Source: Candidatus Omnitrophota bacterium (GTDB lineage: Bacteria > Omnitrophota > Gorgyraeia > 2-02-FULL-51-18). From it: 64,000 nt of DNA. The DNA lies in contig JACPWF010000024.1 in assembly GCA_016197155.1 (NCBI GenBank), positions 17,432 through 81,431 on the forward strand. Direction: 5' to 3'. This document shows positions 22,408 to 31,946 of this stretch, piece by piece. A program made the translations under genes and the position numbers. The notes beneath the pieces are model-generated. The model saw only the letters and a program-made list of their open reading frames with translations, did no database searches and was not told where the DNA came from. Every line of letters begins with the position of its first letter. Position 1 is the first letter of the stretch.

Positions 22408-24855
22408 ATGAAGCCAAGGCGTCTCGTAGTGATCGGAAACGGCATGGCAGGCATGGCCTGCCTGGATGAGATTCTAAAAAGAAAGCCGAATTTTGAGATC
22501 ACGGTTTTCAGCGAGGAACCTTATTTCAACTACAATCGCATTTTATTGTCCGCCGTGTTGGCCGGTGAGAAAACGGCCGACGAGATTTACATCAACACCG
22601 AAGAGTGGTACCGCCAGAACCGGATCACGCTCCATTTGGGCGAAAAGGTTGTCGAAGTGGACTCGAAAAACAAAACCATTCTTACGGAGAAAGGCTATTC
22701 CTTCGACTACGACACCCTCCTTTTGGCCACAGGCAGTCATCCCTTTATTCCGCCCATCGAAGGCACGAGCAGAAAAGGCGTTTACGTTTTCAGAAATCTG
22801 AAGGATACGGGCCGTATTTTAGAGCACTGCAAATCCGCTCGAAAAGCGGTCGTGATCGGCGGCGGACTCTTGGGCCTTGAGGCGGCGCGTGGGCTACTCA
22901 ATCGCGGACTCGAGGTGACTGTGGTTCACCTCATGGACCGTTTGATGGATGTTCAACTCGACGCCGTTGGCGGACAATTCTTGAGACGGGAGATCGAGAA
23001 ACTTGGCATCGAGGTCCTGCTCAATAAGAATACCGAAAAACTCACGGGCGGCGAAAGTGTCGAGGGGGTGCTTTTTAAAGACGGCTCAATGATTCCCGCG
23101 GACATGGTCGTGATGGCCTGCGGGATACGGCCGAATGTCGAACTGGCCAGGCAAGCGGGTCTGAAAGTGAATCGCGGGATTGTCGTCAATGACAGGATGG
23201 GGACAAGCGATCCGAGTATCTTTGCGGTGGGCGAATGCGTGGAACATCGCGAGAAGGTTTACGGTCTTGTGGCGCCGCTCTATGACCAGGGAAAAATTTT
23301 AGCGGCCACGATGACCGGCGAAAGAGGGCCGGTTTATGAGGGATCGACATTGGCAACCAAGCTCAAAGTGATGGGCATAGAGCTTTTTTCGGCCGGTGAT
23401 TTCAAGGGGGATGAACCCGACAAAGAAGTGGTCGCCTACCAGGACCATGCGTTTGGCGTCTATAAGAAGATTGTGGTTCATCAAGAGCGCGTGGTAGGCG
23501 CGATCTTGATAGGGGACGCTTCGGACGCCAACCGTTTTCTCGAAATGATGCGAAAAAAAGAACCCGTCGGAGATAAACGGCATCATTTGCTTTTTGATGC
23601 GCCACTTGCATCGCCCGGTTCAACGACCGACGTCATGTCCCGTCCCGACGGAGACACGATTTGTGGCTGTATCGGCGTGACCAAAGGCCAGATCGTCACC
23701 GCGATCCGCGAAAACAATCTCAAGACCGTTTCGGCGGTAAAAGCTTGCACGAAAGCTTCCTCGGGATGCGGCACTTGCGCGGGACTTGTGCAGGAAATGG
23801 TAAAGGCCGTGGCCGGCTCAACATTCGAAGAAGAAAAAAAAGAAGTTTTGTGCGCGTGCGTGCCTTTTCCGAAAGAACAACTGCGGACGATGATTAAAAC
23901 TCAAAATCTTAAGTCCGTGCAGGATGTTCTCGATATCTATGGCAACGGCATGGGGTGCTACTTTTGTAAACCGGCCTTGAGCTTCATCGTGGACGAGGTG
24001 CATCTGGGTGAACATAAAGAAGACCGCTCGGCGCGATTTATCAACGACCGCGTCCATGCCAATATTCAAAAAGACGGGACGTTTTCCGTCGTGCCCAGGA
24101 TGCGCGGGGGCGTGACGAATCCCAAAGAGCTTCGTAAAATTGCGGATGTCGCGGAAAAGTACAAAGTGCCGATGGTAAAGGTTACCGGAAGCCAGCGCCT
24201 CGATCTTTTGGGGGTAAAGAAAGAAGACTTGCCGAAAATATGGGCGGAGCTTGGAATGACGTCCGGTTATGCTTACGCAAAAGCGGTGCGAATGGTGAAG
24301 TCCTGCGTCGGAACCGATTTTTGCCGTTATGGCACGCAGAATTCCATTGCGACGGGAATTAAATTAGAAGAATTGCTCGAAGGGCTTTACACCCCGGCAA
24401 AAGTCAAAATGGGCGTCGTGGGCTGTCCGCGCAATTGCGCCGAGGCGACCGTCAAAGATATCGGGCTTGTCGGCATCGAAGGCGGCTGGCAGGTGGTGAT
24501 CGGCGGCGCCGCGGGGAAGAGTGTGCGTGCGGCGGATATTCTTTGCACGGTGAAAACGACCGAGGAAGCGCTGGAAGCGGCTTTGCTTTTTTTCCAATAT
24601 TACCGGGAGAACGGAGAGTATCTGGAGCGCACTTATGATTTCGTGCCGAGAGTCGGTCTCGAAAAAATCCGCCGCGAGACGGTGCTGGCTTCCGAAGAAA
24701 AGAAAACAGCGCTTTTGGGTCATCTGGAGAAAGCGAAAGCAAAAGCGGTGAATCCGTGGGCGGTGGAATCGGAGAAACCGGCGCATCCTTATCAATTTCA
24801 GGATTTTGTTTTGCCGAAAGACACACAAGCGCTTGTGTTTCAAGAGAGCCTGTGA
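22408..24855 (+). CDS. nirB: Assimilatory nitrite reductase NAD(P)H large subunit
   Basis: VIGNGMAG, GGGLLGLEAA, two BFD Cys motifs, KSCVGTDFCRYG, GCPRNCAE. Confidence 0.96.
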   Translation: MKPRRLVVIGNGMAGMACLDEILKRKPNFEITVFSEEPYFNYNRILLSAVLAGEKTADEIYINTEEWYRQNRITLHLGEKVVEVDSKNKTILTEKGYSFDYDTLLLATGSHPFIPPIEGTSRKGVYVFRNLKDTGRILEHCKSARKAVVIGGGLLGLEAARGLLNRGLEVTVVHLMDRLMDVQLDAVGGQFLRREIEKLGIEVLLNKNTEKLTGGESVEGVLFKDGSMIPADMVVMACGIRPNVELARQAGLKVNRGIVVNDRMGTSDPSIFAVGECVEHREKVYGLVAPLYDQGKILAATMTGERGPVYEGSTLATKLKVMGIELFSAGDFKGDEPDKEVVAYQDHAFGVYKKIVVHQERVVGAILIGDASDANRFLEMMRKKEPVGDKRHHLLFDAPLASPGSTTDVMSRPDGDTICGCIGVTKGQIVTAIRENNLKTVSAVKACTKASSGCGTCAGLVQEMVKAVAGSTFEEEKKEVLCACVPFPKEQLRTMIKTQNLKSVQDVLDIYGNGMGCYFCKPALSFIVDEVHLGEHKEDRSARFINDRVHANIQKDGTFSVVPRMRGGVTNPKELRKIADVAEKYKVPMVKVTGSQRLDLLGVKKEDLPKIWAELGMTSGYAYAKAVRMVKSCVGTDFCRYGTQNSIATGIKLEELLEGLYTPAKVKMGVVGCPRNCAEATVKDIGLVGIEGGWQVVIGGAAGKSVRAADILCTVKTTEEALEAALLFFQYYRENGEYLERTYDFVPRVGLEKIRRETVLASEEKKTALLGHLEKAKAKAVNPWAVESEKPAHPYQFQDFVLPKDTQALVFQESL

Positions 24856-25175
24856 TGACCGTCCAGTGGTTTCCGGTCGCGGAGCTCGGCGCCATCCCGA
24901 AAAATGAGGGCCGGAAAGTTTCGTTTGGCGAAATAGAAATTGCCTTGTTCAATTTGGGCGAGGAATACCGCGCTGTGGATAACCGCTGTCCACACAAGCA
25001 GGGACCATTGGCGGATGGGATCGTGTCGGGAAAGTCGGTTTTTTGCCCGTTACACAGTTTGAATGTCAGCCTGGAGAATGGCTGCGCGATTCGCGGCGCG
25101 GGATGCGTGAAGGTTTATCCGGCGAAAGTAATGGGCGCGAGGGTTTGCGTTGCTTTTTATGAAGGGAAACAATGA
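24855..25175 (+). CDS. nirD: Nitrite reductase small (Rieske) subunit; start MTVQW
   Basis: NRCPHKQGPLADG, CPLH. Confidence 0.92.
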   Translation: MTVQWFPVAELGAIPKNEGRKVSFGEIEIALFNLGEEYRAVDNRCPHKQGPLADGIVSGKSVFCPLHSLNVSLENGCAIRGAGCVKVYPAKVMGARVCVAFYEGKQ

Positions 25176-25525
25176 AAGAGATCGTGGCGATTATTCGTCC
25201 TCAAAGGGATCGGGCGACAAAAGAAGAGCTTGTGAAAATCGGTTGTTTGACTTGCACGACGTTTCGTGTTTACGGGCGAGGCAAACAGCGGGGGCTCACG
25301 TATAAGTCGGCTTTGGGAAACGGCTCAGCGCCGGTCGGCATGAAGTACCTGCCGAAGAAAATGGTTTACCTCATGGTGAATGACCAGCAAGTGAAACCGA
25401 TTGTTCAGGCGATTTTACGCGCCAATCAAACCAGTCAATACGGGGACGGAAAGATCTTCGTGACCGATTCGAAGGAAGTGGTGAGAATCCGTACGGGAGA
25501 AAGAGGAGAGGTGGCGATTCGATGA
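25172..25525 (+). CDS. PII-family protein, NifI2-like
   Basis: MKEIVAIIRP, GRGKQRG, PKK, ANQT..GDGKIFV, IRTGE. Confidence 0.85.
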   Translation: MKEIVAIIRPQRDRATKEELVKIGCLTCTTFRVYGRGKQRGLTYKSALGNGSAPVGMKYLPKKMVYLMVNDQQVKPIVQAILRANQTSQYGDGKIFVTDSKEVVRIRTGERGEVAIR

Positions 25526-25839
25526 AGATGATCAAGGCCGTGATACGGCCCGAAAGAGAATCAGAGGTTCTGAGCGGACTTGAGAAAGAAGGGTTTTATT
25601 CGCTCACAAAGTGGGACGTCTTGGGACGTGGTCGTCAAAAAGGTGTCCAGGTCGGCAAGACGACCTACGATGAACTGGCAAAACTATTGCTCATGGTCGT
25701 CGTAGAAGACGTTGACTTAAAAAGAGCCATTGAAACGATCGAGACTCATGCGCGAACCGGTAATTTCGGAGACGGAAAGATTTTTGTTTCAGACGTGAAA
25801 GAGGCGTACACCATCCGCACCGGCAAAAGCCGGTTGTGA
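25522..25839 (+). CDS. PII-family protein, NifI1-like
   Basis: MKMIKAVIRPE, DVLGRGRQKG.QVG...YDELAK, TGNFGDGKIFV...AYTIRTG; 105 aa. Confidence 0.88.
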   Translation: MKMIKAVIRPERESEVLSGLEKEGFYSLTKWDVLGRGRQKGVQVGKTTYDELAKLLLMVVVEDVDLKRAIETIETHARTGNFGDGKIFVSDVKEAYTIRTGKSRL

Positions 25840-25868
25840 TTTTACATTCATAAGAAAGGAATTTACGA

Positions 25869-27104
25869 ATGAGGATCAAGGATTTCGTAAAAAGCGGCCA
25901 TCCCCCCACGCTTTTTTCAGCTTTTTTGTATTTTGACATCAGTTTTATGGTTTGGGTACTGATCGGCGTCCTGGGAGTTTACATCGCCAAGGATTTTGGC
26001 TTGAGCGCGACGCAAAAAGGTTTCATGGCGGCAATCCCGCTTCTGGGCGGGGCGCTCGTGCGTATTCCCCTGGGCCTTCTCGTCGATCACATCGGACCCA
26101 AAAAAACAGGGATGATCGCTCAAGCCGCCGTGATCCTGCCGCTTTTGGGAATTTGGCTTTTTTCGCCGGCGCTTGACGCCGTGCTCGCATTCGGTCTTCT
26201 TTTGGGGATCGCCGGAGGAAGCTTCGCCGTGGCACTGCCTCTGGCGAGCCGTTGGTACCCGCCGAAACACCAAGGCATGGCGCTCGGAATCGCTGGAGCG
26301 GGGAATAGCGGCACGGTTTTGGCGAGTCTTTTTGCGCCGCGTTTGGCTGAAGTCTTTGGCTGGAGAAACGTCTTTGGCCTTGCGCTTCTTCCGGTCGCGG
26401 CCGCCTTTGTCATTTATTTGGTCCTGGCCAAGGAAAGTCCGCAGCAGCCTCAGCCGAAAAGGCTCGGAGAGTATCTCTCCGTTTTTAAAGAAACCGATAC
26501 GTTCTGGTTCTGCTTTTTTTACAGCATCACTTTCGGCGGCTTCGTCGGCTTGGCCAGTTTCCTGGGAATTTTCTTTCACGATCAATACGGACTGACCAAA
26601 ATAAATGCCGGCTATCTGACGGCATGTTGCGTTGCGGCCGGGAGTTTTGTCCGGCCCGTCGGCGGGTATCTCGCCGATCGCTTTGGCGGCATCCGGATGC
26701 TTTCGGTTCTGTTTGGTTTGATTGCGTTCTTCATGATGGGAGTGGGTTCTTTGCCGACGGTTTTGACGGCAACCGTTCTTATGTTTTGCGGCATGGCGTG
26801 CTTGGGCATGGGCAATGGCGCGGTATTTCAGCTTGTGCCTTTACGATTTCAAAAGGAGATCGGGGTCATGACGGGCATCGTGGGCGCGGCGGGCGGCTTG
26901 GGCGGTTTTTTCTTCCCCACGCTTTTAGGTTATTTCAAGGATAGGGCCGGATCTTATGGCGTGGGCTTTAGGGTGTTTGCGGTGGCAAGCTTTGCGGCGC
27001 TTGTGATTTTAAGGGTTGTCCAACGCGGGTGGACTTTTTCACGGATCGTGAAAGAGATTCCGGTACTTGAGGCACACATGGTGGTTCAGTCTATCGAAGA
27101 TTAG
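25869..27104 (+). CDS. narK: Nitrate/nitrite MFS transporter (NarK/NasA family)
   Basis: FLYFDISFMVW, GAGNSG, RPVGGYLADR, GMGNGAVF, GAAGGLGGF. Confidence 0.93.
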   Translation: MRIKDFVKSGHPPTLFSAFLYFDISFMVWVLIGVLGVYIAKDFGLSATQKGFMAAIPLLGGALVRIPLGLLVDHIGPKKTGMIAQAAVILPLLGIWLFSPALDAVLAFGLLLGIAGGSFAVALPLASRWYPPKHQGMALGIAGAGNSGTVLASLFAPRLAEVFGWRNVFGLALLPVAAAFVIYLVLAKESPQQPQPKRLGEYLSVFKETDTFWFCFFYSITFGGFVGLASFLGIFFHDQYGLTKINAGYLTACCVAAGSFVRPVGGYLADRFGGIRMLSVLFGLIAFFMMGVGSLPTVLTATVLMFCGMACLGMGNGAVFQLVPLRFQKEIGVMTGIVGAAGGLGGFFFPTLLGYFKDRAGSYGVGFRVFAVASFAALVILRVVQRGWTFSRIVKEIPVLEAHMVVQSIED

Positions 27105-27105
27105 A

Positions 27106-29310
27106 ATGAACTGGAAAAATTTTGTCGAGATGATGGTCGTTTACGAAGAGGGCGAAGAAACCCTCTGGGAAACGAGCTCTATTCCGGATAAGGAACTTCG
27201 CTGGGGAAAATCCGTGTGCCCTTATTGCGGCGTAGGCTGCGGGGTTCTGGTGGGGGAGAAGGAAGGCAAGATCCATAAAGTTCGCGGGAATCCGGAACAC
27301 CCCGCCAATCGGGGCCTTCTTTGCGCGAAAGGAGGCACGCTTCCCCTCATGCTGGATACGCCCGACCGTCTCAGTTTCCCCTCCCTTCGTGAAAAGGCTT
27401 CTTCGGAATTTGAGCGTGCCAACTGGGAAAAAACGCTGGGATTCATCGCCGAGAAGACCAAGGCCGTATTGAAAAACGACGGGCCCGAGGCATTTGCTTT
27501 TTATATTTCGGGCCAGCTTCTCACCGAAGATTATTACGTCGTGAATAAACTCGCGAAGGGCTTCCTTGGCACGAACAACGTGGATTCAAACTCCCGCCTT
27601 TGCATGGCCAGCGCCGTCGCCGGTTATATGACCTCACTCGGCGCGGATGGTCCGCCGACCTGTTATGACGATATTGAAGAGTCGAATTGTTTTTTCCTGA
27701 TCGGCACCAACACCGCGGCCTGCCATCCCGTCACCTTTCAGCGCATTAAAAACAGAAAGGCTTCGAACCCGAAAGAGATAAAGGTGATCGTCGCAGATCC
27801 CAGAAGAACTCGCACGGCGGAAATGGCCGATCTTCATCTTCCCTTAAAACCGGGCACGGACGTGGCGCTTTTGAACGCGATGCTTCACGTGATTGAAAAA
27901 GAAGGCTACCTGGATCAGGCATTTATCCGGAATCATACAGCGGACTGGGAAAAGTTGAAAAATATTCTTCCGCTTTATTCTCCGGAAAAAGCCGCTGAAA
28001 TTTGTGGCATCGAAGCCTCACTCATCCGGGAAGCGGCGCTTCTTTTTGCGAAGGCCTCTTCGGCCCTGAGTTTTTGGAGCATGGGCCTGAATCAAAGTTC
28101 CAGCGGCGTTGCCAAGAATAACGCGGTGATCAACCTGCATCTGGCCACGGGAAAAATAGGAAAGCCGGGGTCAGGCCCTTTTTCGCTCACCGGTCAGCCG
28201 AACGCGATGGGTGGAAGAGAAACCGGCGGCCTGGCGCATCTTTTGCCGGGGCATCGTCTCATCGGGAACGAACGACACCGCGCCGAGATGGAGCAGTTTT
28301 GGAATGTGGCTGAAGGTCGGATTTCACCCACGCCCGGCCTCACTGCGATCGAGCTCTTCCGCGCGGTCGAGGCGGGAAAAGTGAAAATCATTTGGATTGT
28401 CGCGACCAATCCCCTCGCTTCGATTCCGAATCTCAATTTTGTGAAGGCGGCCCTGGCCAAAGCGGAGCTTGTCATCTGCCAAGACGTCTATCATCCCACC
28501 GAGACAACGCACATGGCGCATGTGCTTCTCCCGGCCGCGCAATGGTCGGAGCGGGACGGCACGGTGACCAACTCCGAGCGGCGGGTCTCTTATTTGGAAA
28601 AAATCAGAGAACCGCCCGGGGAAGCAAAGCCCGACTGGCAGATTTTCTGCGAATTTGCGCGCCGAATGGGTTTCGAAAAAGAATTTTCATTTGAAAGCGC
28701 CGAAGACATCTACGAGGAATACAAAAAAACCACGCGGGGAACCGGCGTCGATATCGGCGGCGTATCGTACGCGCGGCTCAAAAAGGAATTCATTCAATGG
28801 CCTTGTCCGGATGAACATGCGGGATCCACCCCTCGGCTTTACACGGATTTTCGTTTTCCGACTTCGGATGGAAGAGCAAGGTTTCAGGCGCGCGAGTACG
28901 CGCCGCCTGCGGAGCCGACGGATGAGGCCTATCCTTTCATTCTCACCACCGGCCGCGTTCGTGACCAGTGGCACACAATGACACGCACGGGAAAAATCGA
29001 CTCGCTTCTCAAAGCCGAACCTTATGCCTTCCTCGAGCTTCATCGGGACGATGCCGAAAAGCTTGGAATTGGAGAAAACGAGATGGTGGAGGTGCACACG
29101 CGTCGCGGCTTTGCCAAGGCGCCGGCCCATCTTTCGGAAAACATTCGGCCCGGCACGTGCTTCATGCCTTTTCACTGGGGGTCGTTGTGGGGCGAGGCGG
29201 ATATAAACGCGGCGACGGTGGATGCGTTTGATCCCATTTCGAAACAGCCGGAGCTCAAATTTTGTGCGGCACGATTAACGAGGCTCGAACCGGTGAAAGC
29301 GGAAACGTAA
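27106..29310 (+). CDS. Assimilatory nitrate reductase catalytic Mo-bisPGD subunit
   Basis: CPYCGVGC, LCAKG, NSRLCMASA, SLTGQPNAMGGRE, QWHTMTRTG, PELK. Confidence 0.93.
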   Translation: MNWKNFVEMMVVYEEGEETLWETSSIPDKELRWGKSVCPYCGVGCGVLVGEKEGKIHKVRGNPEHPANRGLLCAKGGTLPLMLDTPDRLSFPSLREKASSEFERANWEKTLGFIAEKTKAVLKNDGPEAFAFYISGQLLTEDYYVVNKLAKGFLGTNNVDSNSRLCMASAVAGYMTSLGADGPPTCYDDIEESNCFFLIGTNTAACHPVTFQRIKNRKASNPKEIKVIVADPRRTRTAEMADLHLPLKPGTDVALLNAMLHVIEKEGYLDQAFIRNHTADWEKLKNILPLYSPEKAAEICGIEASLIREAALLFAKASSALSFWSMGLNQSSSGVAKNNAVINLHLATGKIGKPGSGPFSLTGQPNAMGGRETGGLAHLLPGHRLIGNERHRAEMEQFWNVAEGRISPTPGLTAIELFRAVEAGKVKIIWIVATNPLASIPNLNFVKAALAKAELVICQDVYHPTETTHMAHVLLPAAQWSERDGTVTNSERRVSYLEKIREPPGEAKPDWQIFCEFARRMGFEKEFSFESAEDIYEEYKKTTRGTGVDIGGVSYARLKKEFIQWPCPDEHAGSTPRLYTDFRFPTSDGRARFQAREYAPPAEPTDEAYPFILTTGRVRDQWHTMTRTGKIDSLLKAEPYAFLELHRDDAEKLGIGENEMVEVHTRRGFAKAPAHLSENIRPGTCFMPFHWGSLWGEADINAATVDAFDPISKQPELKFCAARLTRLEPVKAET

Positions 29311-30291
29311 ATGAAAGATAAATACGGGCGTGAACTGACCTATTTGCGGGTGTCGCTGATCGACCGTTGCAATCTCCGCTGTTTTTACTGCATGCCTCAT
29401 GGCCTCCTCAGTCCTTTTCGTGAGGACGAATTATTGACTAGGGATGAAACAGCCGAAATTATTTCCATTTTCGCGGAATTGGGAATATCCAAAGTGCGTC
29501 TGACGGGCGGCGAGCCGCTTTTGAAAAAAGGCGTTCCGGAGCTTATTCGCCGGATCAAAAAATTCTCCGGCATCCGCGAAGTCGTGATGACGACCAATGG
29601 CGTGCTCTTAAAGCCGTTTGCGGAAGATCTGAAAGCGGCGGGGCTGGATCGCATCAACGTGAGCCTGGACACGTTGAACAGGGAAAATTTTAAGCGCATC
29701 ACCGGCATGGATAAGTTGGAGGATGTCTTGGGCGGCATGGAAGCCGCGGCGCGGGCCGGAATCGGACCCATCAAAATCAATGCGGTTTTGATGAAAGGGT
29801 ATAACGACGAGGAAGTCATGGATCTTGTCCGATTCGCCATTGCGGGGTCTTTTCAAATTCGTTTCATCGAATGGATGCCGACGGCCGGCGCGATCCATTC
29901 GGTGAGAGAAAACCGTTTCCTGAGCTCGGAGTTCGCAAAAAAAATTGTCGAAGAAAAATACACTTTAATTCCGGATGATTCCAATCCTCATGCGCCGGCG
30001 AGAAGTTTTTATATCGAAGGCACAAAGTCAAGCGTGGGGTTCATCAGCCCGCTCTCCAACGCTTTTTGCGCGATGTGCAACCGTCTGCGCCTGAAAGCCA
30101 ACGGCATGATGAAAACCTGTTTGCACGGCAAGGAGGATCTGGACATCCAATCGCTTTTGCGAAAAGGCTGTTCGCGGGAGGAAATCAAAGAAAAGATCGT
30201 GTCGGCGGTATGGGATCGTCCCGAAGAGCATTTTCTGAATAATCAAGCCGTGCCTCATCGCGATTTTGTGATGACAGCGGTGGGAGGGTAA
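29311..30291 (+). CDS. moaA: GTP 3',8-cyclase
   Basis: YLRVSLIDRCNLRCFYCMP, FCAMCNRLRL, C-terminal GG. Confidence 0.96.
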   Translation: MKDKYGRELTYLRVSLIDRCNLRCFYCMPHGLLSPFREDELLTRDETAEIISIFAELGISKVRLTGGEPLLKKGVPELIRRIKKFSGIREVVMTTNGVLLKPFAEDLKAAGLDRINVSLDTLNRENFKRITGMDKLEDVLGGMEAAARAGIGPIKINAVLMKGYNDEEVMDLVRFAIAGSFQIRFIEWMPTAGAIHSVRENRFLSSEFAKKIVEEKYTLIPDDSNPHAPARSFYIEGTKSSVGFISPLSNAFCAMCNRLRLKANGMMKTCLHGKEDLDIQSLLRKGCSREEIKEKIVSAVWDRPEEHFLNNQAVPHRDFVMTAVGG

Positions 30292-31200
30292 ATGAGATCC
30301 ATCACAAGGAAAACCGAAACCTTGCGTCAAGCCACTGCCGAGAGCCGGTTGCGGGCTAAGCCGGAAACGTTAAAGCGGCTCTTGAATAATGACGTGCCCA
30401 AGAAAGACATTTTGGCGATTGCCAGAGCGGCCGGCGTGATGGCCGCGAAAAAGACGCCGGATCTTTTGCCCTATTGCCATCCGATAGCGATTGATGGGGT
30501 GGAGCTTGAGTTTGATGTCCAAGAAACCGGCATTCTTATTCACGCGACCGTCGAGGCCGTCGCCAAAACGGGCGTTGAAATGGAAGCCTTGACCGCGGCC
30601 AGTGTGGCGGCTCTCACGATTTACGACATGCTGAAGCCCATCGACGAATCGATCGAAATCCTGAGCACAAAGCTCCTTAAAAAAACGGGTGGTAAAAGCA
30701 GTTTCAAAGAGAAAATTCCCTTGGGATTTAAGGCTGCCGTCATTGTTACCTCGGACAGCACGTCTAAAGGGATGCGTTCCGATAAATCAGGCAGACTCAT
30801 CGAAGAAAAACTTAGGTTTTTTGGAGTGGATTCAGCGTATGAAGTAATTCCGGACGACAAAGATTTAATTTCCGCCACACTTCAAAAATATTGCGAAAAC
30901 GGAACAAATCTCATCGTGACAACCGGAGGAACGGGTTTGGGACCGCGCGATGTGACCGTCGAGGCCACGGAGAAGGTGATCGATCGCGAGATTCCCGGCG
31001 TCATGGAATCGGCGCGGTGTTACGGCCAGCGGAGAACTCCGTATGCGATGCTTTCGAGGGGGCTTGCGGGGCAGAAAGGAAAAACGCTTATTGTGAATCT
31101 TCCGGGTTCTTCGAAAGGAGCGGAAGAATCACTGGATGCGCTTTTCCCGTCGCTTTTCCACGCGTATAAAATGATGCGAGGTCTCGGACATGATGCTTGA
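30292..31200 (+). CDS. moaCB: Bifunctional MoaC-MoaB/MogA fusion
   Basis: LLPYCHP, KTGVEMEAL, KTGGKS, then TTGGTGLGPRDVT, NLPGS. Confidence 0.92.
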   Translation: MRSITRKTETLRQATAESRLRAKPETLKRLLNNDVPKKDILAIARAAGVMAAKKTPDLLPYCHPIAIDGVELEFDVQETGILIHATVEAVAKTGVEMEALTAASVAALTIYDMLKPIDESIEILSTKLLKKTGGKSSFKEKIPLGFKAAVIVTSDSTSKGMRSDKSGRLIEEKLRFFGVDSAYEVIPDDKDLISATLQKYCENGTNLIVTTGGTGLGPRDVTVEATEKVIDREIPGVMESARCYGQRRTPYAMLSRGLAGQKGKTLIVNLPGSSKGAEESLDALFPSLFHAYKMMRGLGHDA

Positions 31201-31945
31201 TTTGCCGTTTTGGCTACCGCTGGCTTTTTTCTTTGTCGCGATGATTTATTCCATGGTCGGTTTTGCCGGCGGTTCCTCTTACCTGGCCCTTCTCGTTTTG
31301 GCGGGACTTCCTTATAAACAGGTGCCGCCCGTGGCGCTTCTTTGCAACCTCATTGTTTCCGCTTCGGCGTTTTGGCATTTTTATAAAGGCGGACATTTTG
31401 ATTTAAAGAAAGCGCTACCTTTTATTGTGTTTTCGATTCCGCTGGCCTTTTTGGGTGGGAAAATGGCGATAAGCAAGGAACTTTTTCATCTCTTCCTTGG
31501 TTTCTCCCTGTTTGTGGCAGGGGCAAGGATGCTCCTGCCGGATAAAAATTTTATGGAAACGCGCCCTGTTTCCTCAAAGAAAATGTGGCTTGTCGGAATG
31601 CCTCTCGGTGCGGCCCTGGGTTTTCTCTCGGGGCTCGTGGGGATCGGAGGGGGTATTTTTTTAAGTCCTTTCCTACTTTTGATGAGATGGATGGATGCCA
31701 AACAAACGGCCGCGGCCGCGAGTTTTTTTATTTTGGTGAATTCTCTTTCCGGCCTTTTGGGTCAAATGCATAAAGGAGCGGCGGCGCCGGGCGAACCCTT
31801 CCTATTTCTTGGCCTCGCGGTGCTCCTGGGCGGTCAATTCGGCGCGAGGATTGGCGCCTACCGTTTACCCCGTCCGGGGGTGCAAAGAATCACGGGACTT
31901 CTCATTTTGTACGTTTCATTCAGTCTCTTGGGCAAGGTTTTTTAA
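31190..31945 (+). CDS. TauE/SafE (TSUP) family anion transporter
   Basis: SMVGFAGGSSY, SGLVGIGGGIFLSP; multiple TM segments. Confidence 0.85.
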   Translation: MMLDLPFWLPLAFFFVAMIYSMVGFAGGSSYLALLVLAGLPYKQVPPVALLCNLIVSASAFWHFYKGGHFDLKKALPFIVFSIPLAFLGGKMAISKELFHLFLGFSLFVAGARMLLPDKNFMETRPVSSKKMWLVGMPLGAALGFLSGLVGIGGGIFLSPFLLLMRWMDAKQTAAAASFFILVNSLSGLLGQMHKGAAAPGEPFLFLGLAVLLGGQFGARIGAYRLPRPGVQRITGLLILYVSFSLLGKVF

Positions 31946-31946
31946 A

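Noticed and set aside
25172-25839. Nitrogen fixation capacity inferred from NifI-like genes
   Set aside because: No nifH/D/K in the window
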